DNA of 64,000 bases from Candidatus Multivorans sp. (GTDB lineage: Bacteria > Acidobacteriota > Thermoanaerobaculia > Multivoradales > Multivoraceae): NCBI GenBank assembly GCA_965205295.1, contig OZ242167.1:135788-199787 (forward strand), written 5' to 3'. Positions 29,243-39,826 of the stretch are shown here, in pieces. A program made the translations under genes and the position numbers. Under the pieces are notes generated by a model. The model had not been told where the DNA came from. It saw only the letters and a list, made by a program, of their open reading frames with translations, and did no database searches. How positions within the stretch are numbered: position 1 is the stretch's first letter; each line of letters starts with the position of its first letter.

Positions 29243-31528
29243 CTACTCGACCGCGTCGAGCGGCAGGGCGCTTCTCACCTTGTGCCCCTTCCGGGTCACC
29301 CGGACTTCCGGTTCGAGTGCGGCGCCGAAGGGGCGCTCGCTGTAGTAGGTCAGCACGTACTGGCGCCGGAGCTCGTCCTCGATGTGGTCGAACACGTTCG
29401 CCATCTGGTCGATGGACTCGATCTGGAACAGGCGCCCGCCGGTGGGGCCGGTGATCAGACGCATGCTGTTGCGCAGGTTCGCGTCCTCCATCGAGGTCGG
29501 GCCGAACCCGACCGAGCGCATGGCGACGACGTAGACGGGGACGCCGAGGCGCTTGCCGAAGTCGATCGCCCGGGTCGGGTCGGAGCGGCTGTTCGAGTCG
29601 AAGCCGTCTGTGACGACGACCAGGGCCCGGCGGCCCGGCGCCTCGCCGTACTGGAGCAGGGAGAACAGGATCGCGTCGTAGAGGGCGGTGCTGCCCTGCG
29701 GAAAGAGGCGTCCGAGGCCGCGCGCCAGCAGCGGCTTGCTGCCGGTGAGTGGCTGCACGAGGCGCAGGGTGGAGTCGAAGTCGACCAGGAACGCCTGGTC
29801 GCGAAAGGTCAGGGCGCCGTTGAGGAACGCCTCGGCGATCGCGTTCGTCTGTTGCCAGATCGGCTCCATGCTGCCCGACGAGTCGATTGCGAGGCCCAGG
29901 GAGAGGGGTACGTCGTTCGAGACGTAGAGCTTCTCGACCTGACGGAGTTCCCCGTCCTCGCGCACCTCGAAGTCTGCCGGTTCGAGGCCGCCGACCGGGC
30001 TGCCCGAGCGGTCCACCACGAGGACCTGGAGCTGCACGAGCTGGACGTCGATCTCGCTGCTGAACTCCGCGCCCTGGAGCAGTTCGACATCCTCGAGTTC
30101 GCGGCCGTCGCCGAGGCGCGCCACAACACGGATGAAGTCCTGGGCCGAGACGCCGGACGTGGGCACGTCGGCGATGACGTCTCGCACGCCGCTCGGCCCT
30201 GCCTCTCCCTCGAAGTGGTCGAAGGCGGCAACGAGCTGCTCAGTGCGGTAGAACTCGACCCGCTCCAGGGTCTCGGTGCGCGGGACCGAGATACCGGCCT
30301 CGACGCGTACCGCCTGTTCGCCTGCGCCGCGGGTCGGGCCGATGCCTGCGATCCGTACCGCGAACGGCGGATCGAGGCGGTTCAGGACGATCTTGTCGCT
30401 GCCCGCGTAGGCGCCCCGGGCTCCAAGGGCCCTGACCTCGATGGTGTGCTCGCGCGGCGGGTCTGCGAGTTCGATCCGGGCTTCGAAGGGTGGCCGGGTG
30501 GCCCGGGCTGTTTCCTCGCCGTCGAGCAGGAACTCGACTACGGCGATCTGCGGGTCGATGGTCAGGGTCTGGATTTGGACGCGCCCGCTGAGCAGTTCCC
30601 GGTGGCCCTTCTCGGGCGGCAGGATGCGGATCGTCGCCGGCCGGGCGCTGCGGGCAGCGTCGGTGCGCTCGGCCCGCCCGTCCGAAACTCCTCCGACCGG
30701 CGGCAGGTAGTCCGCCTTGTTGAAGCCGCCATCGTCGTCCGGCCTTGGGGCGGCGTCGGCCGCGCGCGACGTGGTCGTGGGCGCCGGAGACGGGGGTGCG
30801 TCGCCTGAGCGCTCGTAGACCGTACGGAACGAAAGATCGGCGAAGCGGCCGCCCTGCAGGTCGGTCACGAGCACGAGCTGATCGCCCTCGAGGTAGAAGG
30901 TCTCGATCCGTTGACGGCCCTGGGAGGACGACTCCACTTCGAGCGAGGCGCCGACGAAACGGGCGCGGCTGTGACCGCCGAAGCCATCGGCGATGTCGCG
31001 TCCGTCGAGGAAGAGGACGCGGTCTTCGCGCTTCGCGTTGCGGATGAGGACCTGAGGTTCGTCGATTCGGATCATCAGCACGTCCAGGCGCTCGGCGAGT
31101 TCCCTCGCCATCTCCCGCATCCCGGACGGGCCGTCCTGGCTGCCGCCCTGGCCGCCGCCGCTTCCGCCGCGTCCGCGGCCGAAACCGCTCTGGCCGCCGC
31201 GGCCGAAGCCGCCGGTGGGGCCACCGCCGGGAGTTGCGCCCTGGGATCGTCCGGGCCCGCCGCCGAAGGTCTGGCCGTAGGACTCCTCGAGCTTCTCGAC
31301 CGGGTTCTCGCTCAGCCGCTCGTCGCGAATCCAGATGCCCGGGATGGCGGCGACCGGATCACCCGCGGCCCCGGCTGAGGGTTCTTCCTGGGCGGCCGGG
31401 TCCTGGGCGCCGGCGGGGTTCCCATTCGGCAGCAAGAGGGCGACGCCGAGGATGCCTGCAGCCAGCACTGCCGGTGGGATGCGGTGCGAGCGCCGCCGTC
31501 GGCGCCGGTTGTCGGTGTTCCTGGTCAT
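29243..31528 (-). CDS. Secreted Ig-like + VWA domain protein with Gly-rich insert
   Basis: Signal peptide after the Met at 31528; MIDAS AIDSSGSM, GSTALYD, VVTDGFD. Confidence 0.85.
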   Translation of the reverse strand: MTRNTDNRRRRRRSHRIPPAVLAAGILGVALLLPNGNPAGAQDPAAQEEPSAGAAGDPVAAIPGIWIRDERLSENPVEKLEESYGQTFGGGPGRSQGATPGGGPTGGFGRGGQSGFGRGRGGSGGGQGGSQDGPSGMREMARELAERLDVLMIRIDEPQVLIRNAKREDRVLFLDGRDIADGFGGHSRARFVGASLEVESSSQGRQRIETFYLEGDQLVLVTDLQGGRFADLSFRTVYERSGDAPPSPAPTTTSRAADAAPRPDDDGGFNKADYLPPVGGVSDGRAERTDAARSARPATIRILPPEKGHRELLSGRVQIQTLTIDPQIAVVEFLLDGEETARATRPPFEARIELADPPREHTIEVRALGARGAYAGSDKIVLNRLDPPFAVRIAGIGPTRGAGEQAVRVEAGISVPRTETLERVEFYRTEQLVAAFDHFEGEAGPSGVRDVIADVPTSGVSAQDFIRVVARLGDGRELEDVELLQGAEFSSEIDVQLVQLQVLVVDRSGSPVGGLEPADFEVREDGELRQVEKLYVSNDVPLSLGLAIDSSGSMEPIWQQTNAIAEAFLNGALTFRDQAFLVDFDSTLRLVQPLTGSKPLLARGLGRLFPQGSTALYDAILFSLLQYGEAPGRRALVVVTDGFDSNSRSDPTRAIDFGKRLGVPVYVVAMRSVGFGPTSMEDANLRNSMRLITGPTGGRLFQIESIDQMANVFDHIEDELRRQYVLTYYSERPFGAALEPEVRVTRKGHKVRSALPLDAVE

Positions 31529-31624
31529 GGGGAGACGAATGCCGAGACGAATGCGTGCAGGATACAGGCCAACGGCGTTCCCGACGCGCAGACTCCTAAC
31601 CTGCCAGCAGCAGTTCGCGCACGC

Positions 31625-31822
31625 CCACATCATGCGGTCGCGCAGAAACAGGAACCGCGCGCCGTTCGAAGCCGCCTGGACGGCGCCGTGCAGGATCATC
31701 GCGCCGCTTACGGGGAGGAGGCTCGTGAGCACGGCCATCAGCGCCAGGCCCCCGGCCATGCCGAGGACCCCGGAGACGATCGCCGTCGCGAGCACCGTCA
31801 ACAGGATGACGGTCGCGATCAC
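31625..31822 (-). pseudogene. N-terminal fragment of a TauE/SafE (TSUP) family exporter
   Basis: SGVLGMAGG..L....HG..Q..SNG.R motif; similarity ends after about 66 aa. Confidence 0.6.
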
Positions 31823-31884
31823 GTGGAAGAGCGTTCCGGTGCTACCAATATCTGCGGCGGGAGGCAGGCAGGCGTTTGGCGGCG

Positions 31885-33912
31885 CTACTGAAGCGCTTCG
31901 AGCGGCAGCACGCTCTTCACGGTGAGACCCTTGCGCGTCGTCCGGACCTCCGGCTCGACGCCCGCTCCCGGTGGACGGTCGCTGTAGTAGGTCAGCACGT
32001 GCTGGTGCCGGAGGTCCTTGTTGATCCGGTCGAAGACCCCTTGCATGTCTCTGGCCAGGACGGCCCGGGACTGGCCAGGGTGGATACGGAACAGGCGGCC
32101 GCCGGTTTGACGGCTGAGTCTCTTGATCAGGGGACCCCGGGGATCATTCCAACCGAGAGCGATGGAGTAGATGGGGACCCCCATTCGTTCGGCGTACTCG
32201 GTGACCTGCGCGCGCTTGGAGCGGCTGTGGAGATCGTCGCCGTCGGTCACGACGATCAGGGCGCGGCGGCCCGGTTCGTTCCGGAACTGGAGGAGGGAGA
32301 ACAGGACCCCGTCGTTCAGCGCGGTGCCGCCCTGGGCGAGCAGCCGGTGGAGTCTGGCCTTGAGCAGGGGCCGGCTTCCAGTCAGCGGCTGGAGCGGCCG
32401 GACCGTGTCATCGAAGTCGACGAGGAAAGCTCGATCGTCCGCGGCCAGGGCGCCTTCGAAGAAGGCCCGAACGACCTCGTGTAGTTGGCGCCAGACGAAG
32501 TACATGCTCTCCGACGAGTCGATGGCGATGCCCAGAACCAGGGGGACGTCCTCCGAGACGTGCAGGTCCTTCGCCGGGCGCCAGGCGCCGTTCTCGCGAA
32601 TCTCGAAGTCCTCGGCCTTCAGGTCGCCTACCGGGTCGCCGTCGCGGTCGACGACGAGGATCTGGAGCTGCACGAGTTGCACATCGATTTCGCTGCGGTG
32701 TTCGGCGCCCTGGAGGAGTTCGGCGTCTTCCATCTCCCGGCCGTCGGTGAGCTGCGCCGTGACGCGGACGAAGTCGCCGGGCGAGACGCCCTCGATCAGC
32801 GTGTCGACGGGGATGGTGCGTGCCTCACCGCGATTCGCGGCTGGGTCGAGGTCGTCGAACGTGGCAACCGGATGATCGCCGCGGTAGAACGCGACGCGTT
32901 GGAGCGCCGCGGCGCGCGGCACGGAGACGCTGGCTGCGACGCGGAGCGCCGAAGAGCCTGCCCGGCCTACCGATCGAATCTCTGCAATGCGGACTCGGAA
33001 AGCCGAGTCGAGACGGTTGAGAACGATCCGGTCGGAACCGGCGAGCTTTCCCGAGTCGCTGTAGGCCCGGACTTCCAGCGTCTGTGGACGGGGAGGGTCG
33101 TCGAGCCGGACGCGGGCCACATACGGCGGTTTCCTGGCTTCCTTCGCCCGCACGCCGTCGAGGAAGAACTCGACCGACTGGATCAACGGATCGATGACCA
33201 GGGTCTGGACCTCGACCGGACCGGAGAGTAGTCCCCGGTACTGGCGTCGTGGCGGCACGATGCGGATCGCGGCCGGCCTCACGAAGCGGCCCTGCTCGAC
33301 CCTGGCAGGCCGCCCCGGGGGCGGCTTGCCGTCGGCGTGGTCGTACACGGTCTGGAAGAGGAACTCGGGGGTCGAGAAGTTCTGGGTCTCGGTCAGGTGG
33401 ACCAGCCGCTCGCCCCGCCGGTAGATCGTCTCGATCCAGAGCCAAGCCTGACCGGTTCCCTGCGTGACGATCTCGAGCGAATCCTCGGCGAGGAAGACGG
33501 TGGTCAGGTTGCCCTCGCTGTCGTACCGGGCGTAGCCGTCGGTCCGTACATTGAGGTTCTCGCGCTTGGCGTTTCGAACCAGAACGTCCTGCCCGGCGAA
33601 GTCGATCACGAGGCGGCGGCGGCGGTTGGCAAGGTCTTCGGCGAACTCCCGCAGCCAGCCCGAGACGAAGCCTTCAACGAAGTGGCTGGCGAGGCGCTCG
33701 ACCGGGTCGTCGCTGAGTTGCGCGTTCCGGACCCAGGCGCCTTCCAGGGCAATGGAAACGTCGGCGGCGCCGGACTCGGGGGCGCCGCGGGCAGGCGCCA
33801 CCTGGGCGCGAGCGGGCGGCGCGGTCGCAGCCCCGAAGGCGATGACGGCGAGGACGGCCCCCAGCGATGTCGCCCGGCGGAGGCCGAGCGGAGTTGGGAC
33901 ATGGATCAGCAC
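31885..33912 (-). CDS. Secreted Ig-like + VWA domain protein
   Basis: Signal peptide (start approximate); MIDAS AIDSSESM, GGTALND, VVTDGDD. Confidence 0.83.
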   Translation of the reverse strand: MLIHVPTPLGLRRATSLGAVLAVIAFGAATAPPARAQVAPARGAPESGAADVSIALEGAWVRNAQLSDDPVERLASHFVEGFVSGWLREFAEDLANRRRRLVIDFAGQDVLVRNAKRENLNVRTDGYARYDSEGNLTTVFLAEDSLEIVTQGTGQAWLWIETIYRRGERLVHLTETQNFSTPEFLFQTVYDHADGKPPPGRPARVEQGRFVRPAAIRIVPPRRQYRGLLSGPVEVQTLVIDPLIQSVEFFLDGVRAKEARKPPYVARVRLDDPPRPQTLEVRAYSDSGKLAGSDRIVLNRLDSAFRVRIAEIRSVGRAGSSALRVAASVSVPRAAALQRVAFYRGDHPVATFDDLDPAANRGEARTIPVDTLIEGVSPGDFVRVTAQLTDGREMEDAELLQGAEHRSEIDVQLVQLQILVVDRDGDPVGDLKAEDFEIRENGAWRPAKDLHVSEDVPLVLGIAIDSSESMYFVWRQLHEVVRAFFEGALAADDRAFLVDFDDTVRPLQPLTGSRPLLKARLHRLLAQGGTALNDGVLFSLLQFRNEPGRRALIVVTDGDDLHSRSKRAQVTEYAERMGVPIYSIALGWNDPRGPLIKRLSRQTGGRLFRIHPGQSRAVLARDMQGVFDRINKDLRHQHVLTYYSDRPPGAGVEPEVRTTRKGLTVKSVLPLEALQ

Positions 33913-34113
33913 GGCTTTGCCAGAGGTTAACCGGGCGGTTCCCGGCACTGGCGTGGAGAATGCAAGGTCGGGGCCGGACGGCGCGGCCGCCGGTCGCGCA
34001 TGCGATCTCCGAATTCGCCGCCCCGAGGGTGGCGGTGGCCGCCGGCTGTCGCCCCTTGGTGACGGCGGTGTCCCCATCGGGTTCCGCTCGCCTGTATTCT
34101 CTGACGCCTTCCC

Positions 34114-35064
34114 ATGAAGACATACATCCTGCGGCGGCTCCTGGCGATGGTGCCGACCCTCTTCTTCGCCAGCCTGATCGTGTTCGTGTCGATGCGGATC
34201 ATTCCCGGTGACGTGATCGACCTGATGCTGGCACAGAACGATGTCTCGACCAGCCTCGATCGGGAGGCCCTCGAGGCGGCGATGGGGCTCGATCAGCCGA
34301 TGGCGACGCAGTACCTGCGCTGGGCCGGCGATGCCCTGCGCGGCGACCTCGGCCAGTCGCTCTGGCGCAGCACGCCGGTGGCGGAGCAGATCATGGACCG
34401 GCTGCCGGTGACCTTCGAGCTTGGTCTGCTGGCGCTCGTGGTGGCGCTGTCGGTCGCGGTGCCGATCGGCATCCTCTCGGCCACTCGCCAGGATTCCGCC
34501 CTGGACTACACGGCGCGGTCGTTCTCGCTCCTGATGCTCGCGGTGCCCGGTTTCTGGCTCGGCACCCTGGTCATGGTCTTCCCGTCGGTCTGGTGGCGCT
34601 GGGCGCCTGCGCTCGAGTACACGCCGTTCTTGGTCGATCCGCTGGCGAACCTGAGCCACCTGATCGTGCCGGCGATCCTGCTCGGGCTGTCGATGTCCGC
34701 GATCACCATGCGGATGACTCGCACGATGATGCTCGAGGTGATGCGTCAGGACTACGTCCGCACGGCGCGTGCCAAGGGTCTGAGCGAGCGTGCCGTGGTC
34801 GTCCAGCACGCGCTGAAGAACGGGCTGATCCCGGTCGTCACGCTGATCGGCCTGCAGGCGCCGCTACTGATCGGCGGCACGGTGGTGATGGAGCAGATCT
34901 TCGTCATTCCAGGCATGGGGCAGTTGCTCCTGGACGGCGTCTACGAGCGGGACTATCCGGTGATCTCCGGCGTCTTCCTGGTCGTCGGAGTCGCGATCCT
35001 GCTGATCAATCTGCTGGTCGACCTGAGCTACGGCTGGCTCGATCCGAAGGTGCGGTACGGATGA
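34114..35064 (+). CDS. Peptide/nickel ABC transporter permease (DppB-like)
   Basis: YILRRLL, PGD, GDLG.S, QDYVRTARAKGL, HALKN, LDPKVR. Confidence 0.93.
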   Translation: MKTYILRRLLAMVPTLFFASLIVFVSMRIIPGDVIDLMLAQNDVSTSLDREALEAAMGLDQPMATQYLRWAGDALRGDLGQSLWRSTPVAEQIMDRLPVTFELGLLALVVALSVAVPIGILSATRQDSALDYTARSFSLLMLAVPGFWLGTLVMVFPSVWWRWAPALEYTPFLVDPLANLSHLIVPAILLGLSMSAITMRMTRTMMLEVMRQDYVRTARAKGLSERAVVVQHALKNGLIPVVTLIGLQAPLLIGGTVVMEQIFVIPGMGQLLLDGVYERDYPVISGVFLVVGVAILLINLLVDLSYGWLDPKVRYG

Positions 35065-35071
35065 GCGCCGG

Positions 35072-35968
35072 ATGACCACTGTTGGCGCGATCCCCGCGGA
35101 CGCCCTGCCGGGGCGTGACCAGCCTCGCTGGTGGCGCTTCACCGTCCGCCTGTTTCGCACCAAGCCGCTGGGCGCCGCCGGCGCCGTGCTGTTCCTGATC
35201 TTCCTGCTGAGCGGCGTCTTCGCGGGCGTGCTCGCCCCGTACGGCATCAACGAGACCGACCTGACGCATCGCCTCGAGCCGCCGTCCCGGCAGTTCCTGC
35301 TCGGCACCGACCACCTGGGTCGCGACCTGTTCTCGCGGGTCCTGATGGGGGCGCGGCTGTCCATGATCGTCGGCTTCTGCGCCGCCGGCTTGGCGACCGT
35401 AGTGTCGATTGTGATCGGCTTGCTCTCGGGCTATCTCGGCGGCTGGTTCGACCTGCTCACGCAGCGCCTGGTCGACGCCTGGATGACCTTCCCCGACCTG
35501 GTGCTGCTGATCGTCATCGTGTCCGTGGTCGGTCCCGGCATCACCCAGATCGTCATTATCCTGGGGCTGCTCTACGGCATCGCCGGGTCGCGGATCGTGC
35601 GGGGTGCTACGACCTCGGTGCGCGAGCACGTCTATACCCAGGCCGCGCAGTCGATCGGCGCCGGCACCTTCCACATCCTCCGTCGTCACATCCTGCCCAA
35701 CGTGATGCCGGTCGTCATCGTCCTGTTCACGACCCGTGTCGGCGCGGTCATCCTGTCGGAGGCGGCGCTTTCGTTCCTGGGCCTGGGGGTGCCGCCGCCG
35801 GCGCCCACCTGGGGCGGCATGCTGAGCGGCGACGGTCGCACCTACCTCTACCTGGGGCCCTGGCTGGCGTTGGCGCCGGGCGTCTGTCTGACGGTGGTCG
35901 TCTATTCGGCGAACATCTTCGGCGACGCGTTGCGCGACCTTCTCGATCCGAGAATGAGGGGCACGTGA
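35072..35968 (+). CDS. Peptide/nickel ABC transporter permease (DppC-like)
   Basis: LGTDHLGRD, RHILPN, EAALSFLGLG, GDALRDLLDPR. Confidence 0.93.
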   Translation: MTTVGAIPADALPGRDQPRWWRFTVRLFRTKPLGAAGAVLFLIFLLSGVFAGVLAPYGINETDLTHRLEPPSRQFLLGTDHLGRDLFSRVLMGARLSMIVGFCAAGLATVVSIVIGLLSGYLGGWFDLLTQRLVDAWMTFPDLVLLIVIVSVVGPGITQIVIILGLLYGIAGSRIVRGATTSVREHVYTQAAQSIGAGTFHILRRHILPNVMPVVIVLFTTRVGAVILSEAALSFLGLGVPPPAPTWGGMLSGDGRTYLYLGPWLALAPGVCLTVVVYSANIFGDALRDLLDPRMRGT

Positions 35969-36039
35969 GCGCGTTCGAGGACCATGCGGGCGCATCGTTC
36001 CTGGAGTGCCAGGCCCAGAGTGCCAAGTAGAGTACGGCC

Positions 36040-37038
36040 GTGAACGCCGACGAGCCATGGCGTTGGACGCCGCTTGAGAGCATGCCTGAAGGCGCCGAGT
36101 CCTGGGCTCTGCCGGGCCAGGCGGAGCAGGAGGCGGCCTGGGCCGATCATCTCGATGCGCTCAAGCGGGATGCGGCCAGGGAGCGCTTCATGCAGGGCTG
36201 GTTGCGCGAGCGCGTGCGGGCCTTCGCCATCGAGACCGGGCAGATCGAAGGGCTCTACACGTTGCGCTACGGCGTCACCGAGCAGTTGGTGGCGGAGGGC
36301 TTCGCGGGGGTAGTGGGCGCACACACACGGGAAGCGCTTGACGACAAGACCATCCGCGGTCTGCTCGAGGACCAGGAAGCCGCCTACGACATGGCGTTCG
36401 AGGATGTCGCAAGCGGCCACGCTCTTTCGGAGCACATGGTCAAGAGCTGGCATCAGTTGCTGGCGCGCCACCAGGAGACGGTCACCGCGCTGGACCTTGC
36501 GGGCCGCCGGGTCGCCGTGCCTTTCAGGACCAAGGGGCGGTGGAAGACTCAGCCCAACAATCCGAGGCGCGCTGACGGCCAGGTTCATGAGTACTGCCCA
36601 CCGGAGCAGGTCCAGTCGGAAATGGACCGTTTCTTCGCTGTGTACGAGGGCGTGCGGAATCGCGGCTATCCGGTCAACGTGGAGGCGGCGTGGCTGCACC
36701 ATCGCTTCGTGCGCACCCATCCGTTCCAGGACGGCAACGGGCGAGTGTCCCGGCTGCTCATGGCATGGGCGTACCTGAAACGCTCCCTGCCGCCGCCAGT
36801 CATCACCGCAGAGGGAAAGCCCGCGTACCTGAACGCCTTGGAGATCGCCGACGGGGGCAACCTCAAGGCGCTTTCGGACCACATCGGCGGCCTTTTGGTT
36901 GTCTCCATGATCGGCGCCAACCAGTTGGCCCAACAGGCGCTTGCGGGCAGGCTCGACCGGCCCAACGGAAACGGCGGGCGCACGATCGGCGACCGGTACC
37001 ACTCGCCACCGGACGGCGGAGGCTCTGGCTCGGCATGA
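36040..37038 (+). CDS. Fic family protein
   Basis: Canonical HPFQDGNGRVSR motif; N-terminal ETGQIEG resembles the (S/T)xxxE(G/N) inhibitory motif. Confidence 0.9.
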   Translation: MNADEPWRWTPLESMPEGAESWALPGQAEQEAAWADHLDALKRDAARERFMQGWLRERVRAFAIETGQIEGLYTLRYGVTEQLVAEGFAGVVGAHTREALDDKTIRGLLEDQEAAYDMAFEDVASGHALSEHMVKSWHQLLARHQETVTALDLAGRRVAVPFRTKGRWKTQPNNPRRADGQVHEYCPPEQVQSEMDRFFAVYEGVRNRGYPVNVEAAWLHHRFVRTHPFQDGNGRVSRLLMAWAYLKRSLPPPVITAEGKPAYLNALEIADGGNLKALSDHIGGLLVVSMIGANQLAQQALAGRLDRPNGNGGRTIGDRYHSPPDGGGSGSA

Positions 37039-38786
37039 GATCCAAGCTCCCGCACGCGGGAATCCTCGCCGTCCTCCTGACCGCCTGCCTCGACGGGCCG
37101 GACCGCCGCTACGGCGCGGCCTCGGGCACGGACATGGGAAACGGCGGCCTGACGTCGGGTCAGGGGGCGCCCGAGGCGCCCCAGTACGGCGGCGAACTGA
37201 ACGTGGGCACGGTCTACGTGACCTTGTCGGCGCTGTCGTGGGACACGACGGACTGGAACTGGAAGCAGAACCACGACACCGGGATGTTCTACGAGCAACT
37301 CTTCGTCGGCGATCTGGACCAGGCGGCGGTCCGGGGCGGCGACCAGCGATTCGTTTCCGAGGCCTACCTGTCCCCCGAGACGATTCGCGGCGAGCTGGCC
37401 GAAAGCTGGGAGTGGGAGGACCCGCTGACGCTGGTCATCGCGTTGCGGCGCGGCGTCTACTTTGCCGACAAGCCGGGGGTCATGGCGCGGCGCGAGCTGG
37501 ACGCCCACGACGTCGTCTTCAGCTTCGAGCGCCTGCGCGACAGCCCAAAGGCGATCCCGACCTACTTCGATCACATCGACCGCGTCACAACTCGTGACGA
37601 ACACAGCGTGGTGTTCGAGTTCGGCGAGTTCAACGCCGAGTGGGACTACCGGTTCGGCTACGGCTACTTCTCAGGCATCGTGCCGCGCGAGCTGGGCGAC
37701 GTGGACCCGAAGGACTGGCACAATGTCACAGGATCCGGCCCGTTCTCGCTCGAACGGTTCATCGCGGGCAACTCCCAGACCTACGCTCGCAACCCAGACT
37801 ACTGGGACCGGACGACGATCGGCGGCGAGAGTTACGAAATCCCGTTCATCGATCGGCTCACCTACCGCACGATCAAGGACGAGGCGACGTACCTGACCGC
37901 ACTGCGCACGGGCAAGCTGGACACGCTCGAGAGCATCCGCTGGATTGCCGTCGACCACCTGAAGAAGACGACGCCGGAGCTGCGCTGGTCGCGGTGGTTG
38001 TCCACTGGCGGCAACTTCATGGTCATGCGGGTCGACCAGGCGCCGTTCGACGACCTGAGAGTGCGCCGGGCGATGAATCTGGCAATCGATCAGCGCGAGA
38101 TCGTCGACCTGTTCTTCGGTGGCAATGCCGAGTTGTTCGCCTATCCCCAGCACCCCACCTTCGAGGGCTACTACGAGCCGCTGGAGGCGATGCCGCCGTC
38201 GGTTCAGGAGCTGTTCGAGTACAAGCCCGAGAAGGCGCGCAGCCTGATCGCCGAGGCTGGCTACCCGGACGGCTTCACGTTCCGGGCGCAAGTGTCCGTC
38301 AGCAACCCCATGCGGATGGAGTTGGCGCCCCTGCTGGCGAGCTACCTGGACCGGATCGGCGTGACGATGGAGATCGAGGTGGTCGAGTACGCGGCGTACC
38401 TGTCGATGATGACCACCCGCACCCACGGTCCCGGCTACATGATGGGCAGCGGCCACGTGAACCCGACGACGACGCTGCGCAAGAACTTCGTCACCGGCCA
38501 GACCTGGAACCCGTCGATGTGGTCCGACCCGGAACTCGACCGGCGCATTCACGAGATGTTCCTGACCCGCGACGACGCCGAGAGGCAGGAGATCATCAAG
38601 CAGATCACGAAGGAGATGCTCGATGAGGCGCCCTACATCTGGCTGCCGGTGCCGTACGTCTACACTGCCTGGTGGCCGTGGGTGAAGAACTACGGCGGCG
38701 AGCTGCGCGCCGGCGCCGTGCGTCCGGGTCCGATCTACGCGCGGCTATGGATCGACGAGGAGATGAAGCGGGAGATGGGGTTTTGA
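37035..38786 (+). CDS. ABC transporter substrate-binding lipoprotein (family 5)
   Basis: Lipobox LLTAC, GELAESWE, GSGPF, RNPDYW, PFDDLRVRRA, AEAGYPDGF; ATGA overlap with fic. Confidence 0.9.
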   Translation: MRSKLPHAGILAVLLTACLDGPDRRYGAASGTDMGNGGLTSGQGAPEAPQYGGELNVGTVYVTLSALSWDTTDWNWKQNHDTGMFYEQLFVGDLDQAAVRGGDQRFVSEAYLSPETIRGELAESWEWEDPLTLVIALRRGVYFADKPGVMARRELDAHDVVFSFERLRDSPKAIPTYFDHIDRVTTRDEHSVVFEFGEFNAEWDYRFGYGYFSGIVPRELGDVDPKDWHNVTGSGPFSLERFIAGNSQTYARNPDYWDRTTIGGESYEIPFIDRLTYRTIKDEATYLTALRTGKLDTLESIRWIAVDHLKKTTPELRWSRWLSTGGNFMVMRVDQAPFDDLRVRRAMNLAIDQREIVDLFFGGNAELFAYPQHPTFEGYYEPLEAMPPSVQELFEYKPEKARSLIAEAGYPDGFTFRAQVSVSNPMRMELAPLLASYLDRIGVTMEIEVVEYAAYLSMMTTRTHGPGYMMGSGHVNPTTTLRKNFVTGQTWNPSMWSDPELDRRIHEMFLTRDDAERQEIIKQITKEMLDEAPYIWLPVPYVYTAWWPWVKNYGGELRAGAVRPGPIYARLWIDEEMKREMGF

Positions 38787-38830
38787 GGGCGACTCCGTCA
38801 CCGCACGTTGGCGGAGGCGCCTGACCCGTC

Positions 38831-39826
38831 GTGAGCGAGCCGCTGCTCCGGATCGAGGATCTGACGGTCACCTTCCGCGGCGGGGACGGCGGCAGGCGGC
38901 CGCCGGTGCGCGCTGTGACCTCGCTTTCGCTTGACGTCGCGCCTGGCGAGACGCTGGCGATCGTCGGCGAGAGCGGCTCGGGCAAGAGCGTCAGCGCGCT
39001 CTCCATCCTGCGGCTGATTCCCGAGCCGGGACGGATCGAGAACGGTCGTATCCTGTTCGAGGGCCAGGACCTGCTGGCGCTCAACGACGCCGGTGTCCGG
39101 AGGGTTAGGGGCAACCGCATCGCGATGATCTTCCAGGAGCCGATGTCGTCGCTCAATCCGGTGATGACGATCGGCCGCCAGGTCGCCGAACCGTTGCGCC
39201 TGCACCGCGGGCTCAAGCGTCGCGAGGCGCTGGCGCAGGCCGTGGAGCACCTCGAGTCCGTCGCCATTCCCGATGCCGGGAAGCGGCTTGGCGACTACCC
39301 GCACCAGTTCTCGGGCGGCATGCGGCAGCGGGTCATGATCGCGATGGCGCTTGCGTGCCATCCACGGCTGCTGATCGCCGACGAGCCGACGACCGCGCTC
39401 GACGTGACGGTGCAGGCGCAGATTCTGGAGCTGCTCAAGGAGCGCACCCGGGAGGCGGATTCGGCGCTCATCCTGATCACCCACGATCTCGGCGTGGTCG
39501 CGCGGTATGCCGACCGGGTGGCGGTCATGTATGGCGGCCGGATCGTGGAGAGCGGCCCCGCGGCCGCGCTCTATGCCGACCCCCGTCACCCCTACACTCA
39601 GGGGCTGCTGCGCTCCGTTCCCCGGCTTGAGGGTGATTGCGGCGCGCGCCTGGACTCGATCGAGGGACAGCCGCCGGACCTCGCTGCGCTTCCCGCGGGT
39701 TGCGCCTTTGCCCCGCGCTGTCCGTACACGCACGAGCGGTGCCTGGTGGCGCCGCCGCCGCTCGACGCCGTGGCGGGCGGGCGGGCCAGGGCGTGCTACG
39801 GCTACGAAGGGGAGCCGGCGCCGTGA
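38831..39826 (+). CDS. Peptide ABC transporter ATP-binding protein (DppD-like)
   Basis: [26 protein letters not shown]-terminal Cys cluster. Confidence 0.94.
   Translation: MSEPLLRIEDLTVTFRGGDGGRRPPVRAVTSLSLDVAPGETLAIVGESGSGKSVSALSILRLIPEPGRIENGRILFEGQDLLALNDAGVRRVRGNRIAMIFQEPMSSLNPVMTIGRQVAEPLRLHRGLKRREALAQAVEHLESVAIPDAGKRLGDYPHQFSGGMRQRVMIAMALACHPRLLIADEPTTALDVTVQAQILELLKERTREADSALILITHDLGVVARYADRVAVMYGGRIVESGPAAALYADPRHPYTQGLLRSVPRLEGDCGARLDSIEGQPPDLAALPAGCAFAPRCPYTHERCLVAPPPLDAVAGGRARACYGYEGEPAP

Noticed and set aside
31885-34809. 974-aa ORF overlapping the dppB-like gene
   Set aside because: The N-terminal ~300 aa are antisense to the permease and the intergenic region; the real gene starts near 33912
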